Part shown: in pieces, positions 18,601 through 21,548 of the stretch
Layout: each line of letters starts with the position of its first letter
Numbering within the stretch: the first letter of the stretch is position 1
Origin: Chthoniobacteraceae bacterium
GTDB taxonomy: Bacteria; Verrucomicrobiota; Verrucomicrobiia; Chthoniobacterales; Chthoniobacteraceae
Assembly: GCA_031409335.1 (NCBI GenBank)
Contig: JANNWY010000001.1
Coordinates: 1 to 21,548 of the forward strand
Reading direction: 5' to 3'
Length of the DNA: 21,548 nucleotides
The notes under the pieces: generated by a model
The model's input: only the letters and a program-made list of their open reading frames with translations
Database searches by the model: none
What the model was told of the DNA's origin: nothing
Made by a program: the position numbers and the translations under genes

Positions 18601-19225
18601 GCACGTTGTCCCAATGAGTCGTCGAGGACGCGCCACTGGTCGAGTTGTTGCCCGCCTGCACGCCGAATTGCAGCGTGTAAGTCCCAGCCGCGAGCGCGGC
18701 GGTGAACGTCCCGGTTTTCCACCCCGTGTTCACATTCGGCCCGGTCAGGGCCTCGAAGGTCGTCAACGTGCCCGACGTCCCGATGCGCGCCTGCAACTGG
18801 AGCAACGCAGCCGCGCTGCACGAGCCATTCGTCGTCGCCCGGTAGTCGATCGAGACGCGCACGCTCTGCGCCGCCGGCAGCGTGAAAGTCCGCTGCCAGC
18901 CGGACGACCGCGTCGTTTGCGAGGTGTTCCGAAACGCTTGGTTCGACTGCAACCCGCCCGGCGGATTTCCCTGAATGTCCGTCTCCGATCCCGAGCCGCC
19001 GTTCGCGTTCCCGTTAAAAATGCCACCGACATACGTAAATCCGCGCGTTTCATCGAGCGGCAGGTCGAAGCTTTCCGTCAGGAAAGGCGTCGTCGAAATC
19101 ACGAGGACTCCGTCTTCATTGACCGAATACGCATCGTTCACCGCCACCGGCACCGCGAGGACCGGAGAGGCAAAAGCCGCCAAGGCAATGATGGAGATAT
19201 AGGAAGCGCGAATACGAGTGAGCAT
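9683..19225 (-). CDS. Giant (~3180 aa) secreted multidomain protein: cadherin-like Ig repeats, sugar-binding-like inserts, lamin-tail domains, CotH-like kinase, beta-helix, PKD-like and C-terminal domain
   Basis: A single 9.5-kb ORF. Start at ATG 19225 gives signal peptide MLTRIRASYISIIALAAFASPVLA. Motifs read: PVAVNDSY...GVLAND...G.FTYTP...DSFTYRASDG (x7); I.E.M/L...EFIEL.N (x4 LTD); VRIRGASSR...DDYSMYR...KLIGHDFD (CotH-like); ETWTAAGGPY.V...G.TLTIQPG (beta-helix entry); DADFDGVKNLLEFAAGLDP. Confidence 0.9.
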   Translation of the reverse strand: MLTRIRASYISIIALAAFASPVLAVPVAVNDAYSVNEDGVLVISTTPFLTESFDLPLDETRGFTYVGGIFNGNANGGSGSETDIQGNPPGGLQSNQAFRNTSQTTRSSGWQRTFTLPAAQSVRVSIDYRATTNGSCSAAALLQLQARIGTSGTLTTFEALTGPNVNTGWKTGTFTAALAAGTYTLQFGVQAGNNSTSGASSTTHWDNVRVEPLSNLGVLANDTGGAVTAILETSPTHGTLSFAGNGTFTYTPTANYAGPDSFTYRASDGATNSNIATVTLTVNPINDAPVAVNDSYTTTENVTLNVPAGQSVLLNDTDVELQPLTAAIVAQALHGTVTLNANGSFTYVPVAGYAGSDFFTYRANDGAANSNTATVAITLNPVNDPPVAVTDSYTALKNQALTVTSVGGSGPTTLIPAGATWKYLDNGTDQGTAWRAPGFDETGWSTGAAQLGYGEADETTVIEDDATPGSPTVGSTTRYITTYFRHTFNVTDLATLHDLILNVKRDDGAVVYLNGTVISDAAIQNGLPNDPAYDLGAGNAFDDGQIFLTVNLVNGQNLLVEGQNTIAVEVHQENAASSDVSFDLSLAATRGGTETLIAAGAVWKYRDNGSNQGTAWREFGFADGAWATGPAELGYGDIPDGRPEATVVEDDATPGSPTAGSTTRYITTYFRHTFNVTDKATLNSLVLSVLRDDGAVVYLNGTAISNAAIQNGLTNDPGYLDPALNAAAIEESTFIAVNLVNAEALLNEGANVLAVEVHQSGSTSSDVSFNLSLTAARSAQASVLANDIEPDGQAMTASLITAPLHGALALNPNGTFTYTPAANYVGPDSFVYRASDGTLFSNATANINVVVGANSPPVAVNDSYTATEDAVLSVPPATGVLLNDSDSDLDPITAILFTQAAHGTVALAADGSFTYTPVGNYFGPDSFTYKANDGAVNSIAAVVSINVTNVPDAPVAVADNYATDRGVALSVPANAGMLLNDSDVDGQALTAQFVSGPTSGTLALNPDGSFLYTPAAGFSGTATFTYRASDGTQTSVPATVSILVNSRPVALADTYAATEDTVLNVPAATGVLQNDSDPDLEPLIAVLVDDAAHGVVVLNANGSFSYTPAQDFNGPDSFTYHASDGSRVSPDATVTINVAAVNDAPVAVADRYEMPINETTIATAAQGVLGNDIEVDGQPLGAILVAAPASGALDWNPDGSFTYTPVGGFSGTVTFTYRASDGTAQSANTTVTLNIQNQRAIVIGEVMFNAVSGLPAHEWIEIRNTGATPVNVRGWQFTNGVSFTFPDTTLAGGGALVVAADVPAFLALFPAVTNVTGPWTGGLSNRGEQIQIDNALGGKIDEVHYSEQGDWADRREEILGGRSGWAWVSGADGTGQSLQLRNPALTHDNGQNWAAAAPTPGAENSAVASTDLAPLISKVKHTPQLPTATQQVHVTARFKDESLAPPAAFVAYRTWTRPAANDTTSTPSSLAGATMFDDGLHGDGAAGDGEFGATIPAFPADTIVEFYVQVTDGIFTRTWPAPTDAGGTQGANCLYMVDPEINTGTRPFYRLVMTGQDEINFRFENWPSGSDAALNTTFIAQQGADVDVRYSADVRIRGASSRDRSPRNWRLDIPHDNDWQSRTALNLNTQYIYNQVMGSRLMELAGLAREDATIVQVRLNGLNHATDNQNNRRFSHYIDLKPLNSDFASEQYPNDSDGNAYKKVRPDTKWAPRGAVGTPDIASYLADGWSKETNATINDWTDLHALLRAFTDTAAGAAYFPAISQVADVDQFVRWFAICTIINHRETNISNGADDDYSMYRGVLDPRFKLIGHDFDTCFAIGDTTTSATTGIYQVIDGFGGTTIPVFTRFFQDNTIARKYKAQLRELLTTVFAKPNFDATVDNLLPLDWIPAPHGQATGDVPENLQTAIKTFLDTRRTAILALLPQTFTATSTLALQNGFLTTTSATTLQLSGTMDAALAAKVTVNGVTVTQSNFASPGTWTAGSTVTLKPGLNAVVCKAWDAANVEIASATVQIVYDDGSTSIEGGTLTADETWTAAGGPYNVTSNLTVPNGMTLTIQPGASVFLSAGVNVTIASGGRLLAEGTVDMPVVFAKAPAGVGAWGGVVINGPQESRIAYTIFDNNGAVAIRTQTGARVVLDHLTFRNTAQPYLALDGSSFVVSNTTFPDATAAFPLVSGTGLAAGGEGVIRDCIFGVPVGANAALDFTGGQRPGPILQVLRNVFNGGAANLVELDGADAWIEENVFLHCHRNSAAPTASAISGGANGADTSDITAMRNLFYDCDHAVTMREGNSFVLLHNTIARITHIGGTDTASAVLNFANGAETPAAGGGLRDNIIWDAAALTRNYDSGQTLVTFNNNHLPVAWAGAGGGNVVGDPMLNLALISTPATATAAAVRAAFVLQSCSLAIGATALGADRGALIPAGIVVGGEPASPTPATGAALVAGPSMSFLIQSGYTHYRASVDGAPFGPETSTFTTLTLSGLSAGAHTVSVLGKNDAGVWQTVPTIETWIVDPAAITVRISEVLASNVNAHPLGATRPDVIELYNYGTAPVNVGNLSVSDDPAVPRKYVFPANTIIPAYGYLLLYGNNPDANPGLHIGFGLNADGDTIALYPASASVGTAPIDSVIFGAQIADLTIARAPVSGAWSLSAPTLGVANTALCELGSATALKINEWLSSNLIVSAADFLELYNPNTKPVALGGLHLTDDLGNFPLQHAIAPLSFIGAGGFVKFVADGDTTQGANHLNFSISRVHETLALTDAAGRVIDEVPVVPQIEDQSQGRATDGAPLFAYFTLPTPGFSNGTFTPAQTTTLQELINNLRVTEMMYLPTSSVRAEFIELKNISATATLDLTGVTFANGITHTFPATTLAPGAYLVITESLSKFLTQFPGVPATQWASGKLDNSGENVRIQVPTYGLGILDFAYSSSWYPTTAGGGASLEIIDATRARETWSDKESWQAIGLPSPGGPSVFAVNAGVDVTLTPAAPAVLRAAVNYGSFPASTVTFAWSKVSGPGTVAFTAPAAPDTDATFSIPGIYVLRFTAAESGGSTAVSDTVQLTILDNYTTWAARTISNPALRGENADADFDGVKNLLEFAAGLDPQSPSAPPVQLGSEPGFLTLTYRKDLSASGLTYAVEQSTTLTSWLPVSVNEQLLSTVGTVQTIKARVPLTPPRQFLHLKISEQ
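15515..19153 (-). repeat. Seven tandem cadherin-like Ig repeats (Big_9/tandem-95 type) in the giant protein; repeats 1 and 3 are interrupted by inserted domains
   Basis: Recurrent ~95-aa unit N.aPvAv.DsY...ed..l.v....gvL.NDsD.d...ltA.l...p.hGtl.ln.dGsFtYtP..nf.GpDsFtYrAsDG. Boundaries are approximate. Confidence 0.85.
16895..17990 (-). repeat. Tandem duplication of a ~185-aa galactose-binding-like (jelly-roll) domain
   Basis: Two copies of WKY.DNG..QGTAWR...LGYG...YITTYFRHTFNV...RDDGAVVYLNG...AVEVHQ...SSDVSF. A 35-bp block is identical at 17214-17248 and 17772-17806 (offset 558 bp). Confidence 0.88.
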
Positions 19226-19473
19226 AGGGAATGAGGGCAGTGGGGGGGAGCGGGCGGCAGAAAGTCCCGTTTTTACGACAGGATTCAAGTGGAGGATTCC
19301 GTATCTCAGACCACGGTTCCGGCCGTCAGGGATAAGTAGAAAATAAACCGAACGCCAACGGGGCGGAACCATGCGCGCGGCAGCCGGAAAGTTGCCGCGC
19401 CCCTGCGTCGCTTGCCCTGCGCTGACTTGTTTCAGGCCGTTGGCCTGAGTTGCACCGACCCCACTTTGGATCA

Positions 19474-19684
19474 CGCCCGAGCGCTCCGGCACCGGGGACG
19501 AACTCGAATCCCGATGCTTCGGGCGTCTCGACCCTCTCGCTGCCAATGATGATCCCGTGATGGTGCCGCCACACGATCAAGTCACGCGATGACACTGGAC
19601 GTCGGCGATCGCCTTCAAGGCTTTGGCGCATTGGTGCTGGCGGTGGCGCTGCTGAAGCCGCCAAGCGCGGCGGCGAAAACCTAG
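19474..19684 (+). pseudogene. Possible decayed RCK-C (TrkA-C) domain fragment
   Basis: Joining two frames across one frameshift near 19555 gives RPSAPAPGT...SGVSTLSL.MMI/RDGAATRSSHAMTLDVGDRLQGFG. This resembles the RCK-C pattern SP..G....GV....I.R.G......L..GD.L...G. Recognised by eye only. Confidence 0.25.
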
Positions 19685-19886
19685 CGGAATCGCGCGGCCC
19701 GGAGCGGTTCACCAAACCACACAGCCGCTCCATGCGCCGACGGTCAGAAAGACGGACGCAAGGAGTCGTCGCTGGGGGTGAAGTTCATTTTTTGCTGCTC
19801 GGTTTGCAACATGGATTCTAGTGAGGCGGGTGATTGCTGAATTCCACTGGAAGGCAACGACAGGTCTGCCCCACCCTTTCCACGCA

Positions 19887-20384
19887 TCATTCGGGCAACG
19901 CGTAGCTGACCTCATGGAATTTGAAACTGCGGCCCGCCGGCAACGCGCCAAAGTCGATGACGGTTTCCCGAGGAACCTTCGCAAAAGACTCGATGGTGTC
20001 CTCGTGCAGCAGTGGGCGCTGCACGAACATCAGCTTGGTGCCCTCGACATAGAGCTGGCGGGCATCGCAGTCGAACTTCCAGAGAGCGTGAAGCTGTTTG
20101 TCCCGGCGGAAAACCGCGACGTAGGCGGCCAGCGGCGACGGGAGAAAGTAGGCGACCAGATGAACATCCTCGCCGGCGGTGGGGCAGGAACCAATGAGCC
20201 ACGCTTTGAGCTTGGAAACGTCGAGTGCGGCGTCGAAACGCTTCGGACTCGTGTGCGCGATGGCCTGGAGTTCTTTCGACAGCGCGCGCGCTTCCGGCCC
20301 GAGGGTCGAATTATATTCGTCCTGGGCGAATGCGGCGGCGGCGATGCAGAGCAGACTGACGATGGGTAGGATTGTGCTTTTCAT
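19887..20384 (-). CDS. Hypothetical secreted protein (165 aa)
   Basis: Clear Sec signal MKSTILPIVSLLCIAAAAFA|Q followed by a protein-like mature region. No family recognised. Confidence 0.7.
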   Translation of the reverse strand: MKSTILPIVSLLCIAAAAFAQDEYNSTLGPEARALSKELQAIAHTSPKRFDAALDVSKLKAWLIGSCPTAGEDVHLVAYFLPSPLAAYVAVFRRDKQLHALWKFDCDARQLYVEGTKLMFVQRPLLHEDTIESFAKVPRETVIDFGALPAGRSFKFHEVSYALPE

Positions 20385-20536
20385 GGCTGAGAGCATCGCT
20401 CCCTTCGCGGGTTGAGTTGTCAGCGTGGGGTCAGCAGGTTGTAAAAGGATTGTCATCACGAGGCGCGCTCAATGAATGGCTCACGCGTGAATGGCATTAG
20501 GTTCAGGGCAGGCTTGGATGAAAGCTCGATCCGAAC

Positions 20537-20747
20537 CCGGAGGGTTCACGGAAATTAGCCGGGGGTGGAGCAAGGCACGAGCGGAACCCCCGGAATAAGA
20601 TGAAATCGAAATGCGCCCCGGAGGGTGCGCCGGAGAGGATCGCCGCGCTTCCGGCGCCACCTTCGGGGCGCATCGCGTTTCCATTGCCATCCGGGGGTTG
20701 CGCTCGTGCCTCGCTTCACCCCCGGCTAATTTCCTGTGTGCCTCCGG
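20537..20747. mobile_element. ~210-bp nested inverted repeat, REPIN/REP-doublet-like non-autonomous element
   Basis: Outer arms CCGGAGG/CCTCCGG. Perfect 18-bp pair 20550-20567 / 20717-20734. Further pairings of 14/16, 10/11 and 21/24 nt lead to a 15-nt central loop. Each arm has its own CCGGGGGT...ACCCCCGG hairpin. Confidence 0.65.
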
Positions 20748-20863
20748 CACCGGCTGAACCGCATTTTGTAATCTATGCACACGTATCATGAGGAGGTCCG
20801 TCCGGAGCACTATGGGCTGCTGTTTTACTGGGTCGTCGGATTCGCCGGATCATCTTCGGGTTC

Positions 20864-21049
20864 TCAGATGGCCTTGGAGAGCATCTGGTTGGAAGCCACG
20901 GCGGGCCAAAGCAACAGCAGCGGAATGAGGATCGGCCTGGGGAACTTGGTTCCTGCGAAACCGAAATAGCAGATCACCGGCACAACGATCGCCGCCACCC
21001 AAAGGTAGGCGTTTGCGGTCAGCGTTTTTTTCTTTTCAGATTTTGTCAT
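20864..21049 (-). CDS. Small hypothetical membrane protein (61 aa, two hydrophobic segments)
   Basis: Basic N-terminus MTKSEKKK, then hydrophobic AYLWVAAIVVPVICYFGFAG and PILIPLLLLWPAVA. It lies 39 bp downstream of the RDD gene on the same strand. Confidence 0.6.
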   Translation of the reverse strand: MTKSEKKKTLTANAYLWVAAIVVPVICYFGFAGTKFPRPILIPLLLLWPAVASNQMLSKAI

Positions 21050-21088
21050 AGATATCGGGGAGCCACTACGTGGGAGAAAAGCGTTCGA

Positions 21089-21547
21089 TCACCGCGGCAC
21101 CAGCCAGGTGCCGGCGAGGCGGTCTGGCAGGCTGCGTGCGGTTGCGGCGGACCACGCAGCGACGCCGAGGACGATATTCGCGATCAGCCAGACCGCGGTG
21201 TTCGCGGAAAGGGCGGGCGCAAGCATGGCCACCGCCGCCGCCCCGAGTGGCAGCCACATCCACGCGAGGCAAGCGCGCCAGAGCATCCGCCCGCGCGACG
21301 CGTCTGCGCCGTCACGCGTCACGACCTCGATGCCAAGGGCGCGCATGAGCAAGCCGCCGCGGAAAAGCAGCGCGGCCGCCACGCTTAAAAACGCGGCCCC
21401 GAAGAAGCCGCCCAGCGCCATCTGCCACTTCTCCATCTGCTGTGCCTCCGGCGTTTTCTCAACGCGCGGCGCGACGACCAGCTCGCCATCCGCGGCGAGC
21501 GCGGATCCGAGCGCGGCGCGGGCGGCGGCCAGTGCTTCCTCGGAGGG
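21089..21547 (-). CDS. 3' end of a membrane protein with a C-terminal RDD-family domain, truncated by the window edge
   Basis: The frame is open to the window end. G.LMRALGIEVVTRDG..ASRGRMLWR...RSLPDRLAGTWLVPR matches the RDD C-terminal pattern G+.VV..DG....R...R.L.D.+AGT.VV. Confidence 0.75.
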   Translation of the reverse strand, partial: PSEEALAAARAALGSALAADGELVVAPRVEKTPEAQQMEKWQMALGGFFGAAFLSVAAALLFRGGLLMRALGIEVVTRDGADASRGRMLWRACLAWMWLPLGAAAVAMLAPALSANTAVWLIANIVLGVAAWSAATARSLPDRLAGTWLVPR

Positions 21548-21548
21548 G

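Noticed and set aside
19226..19546. 107-aa N-terminal extension of the giant ORF in the ORF track
   Set aside because: The extension is not protein-like. ATG 19225 gives a proper signal peptide and follows a typical C-rich leader. The same reasoning applies to the extended starts at 330, 1221, 1971, 4924, 9540 and 20459.
19490..19600. tmRNA or tRNA, prompted by GCCAATGATGAT (ANDD) and a TTCGA-like loop on the - strand
   Set aside because: The peptide does not end in an Ala-Ala-type tag, and no acceptor stem, proper T-arm or CCA end can be built.
19821..20369. 182-aa + strand ORF
   Set aside because: It is antisense to the signal-peptide-bearing gene at 19887-20384 and has no motif of its own.
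20481..20810. Short ORFs overlapping the long hairpin
   Set aside because: Their sequences simply mirror the inverted repeat (RA.LHPRLIS appears on both strands) and show no coding evidence.
19700..21090. Integron cassette array of short same-strand genes
   Set aside because: No repeated attC-like sites with RYYYAAC/GTTRRRY boxes were found between the genes, and no integrase is present.

Overview
A GC-rich bacterial chromosomal window, most likely from Verrucomicrobiota (Chthoniobacterales-like). That assignment is inferred from gene style, G-poor leaders lacking Shine-Dalgarno motifs and the C-terminal domain of the giant protein; it is not verified. From left to right on the + strand: the 3' end of kdsA, a lone LivF-type ABC ATPase, the rplU-rpmA operon with promoter and intrinsic terminator, two secreted Cys-type (formylglycine-dependent) sulfatases, and a putatively exported protein with 15 WD40 repeats plus TPR-like helices. 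On the - strand follow a Tat-exported Gfo/Idh/MocA oxidoreductase and a ~3180-aa secreted multidomain protein. The giant protein has 7 cadherin-like Ig repeats with sugar-binding-like domains inserted into two of them, 4 lamin-tail domains, a divergent CotH-like kinase, a beta-helix, a PKD-like domain and a C-terminal domain of a type I recall from verrucomicrobial secreted proteins. The last 2.3 kb looks accessory: a possible decayed RCK-C fragment, two small hypothetical genes, a ~210-bp REPIN-like nested hairpin and the 3' end of an RDD-domain membrane protein. No rRNA, tRNA, CRISPR array or transposase was found. The most notable items are the giant adhesin-kinase protein, the stand-alone WD40 protein and the REP-like elements.
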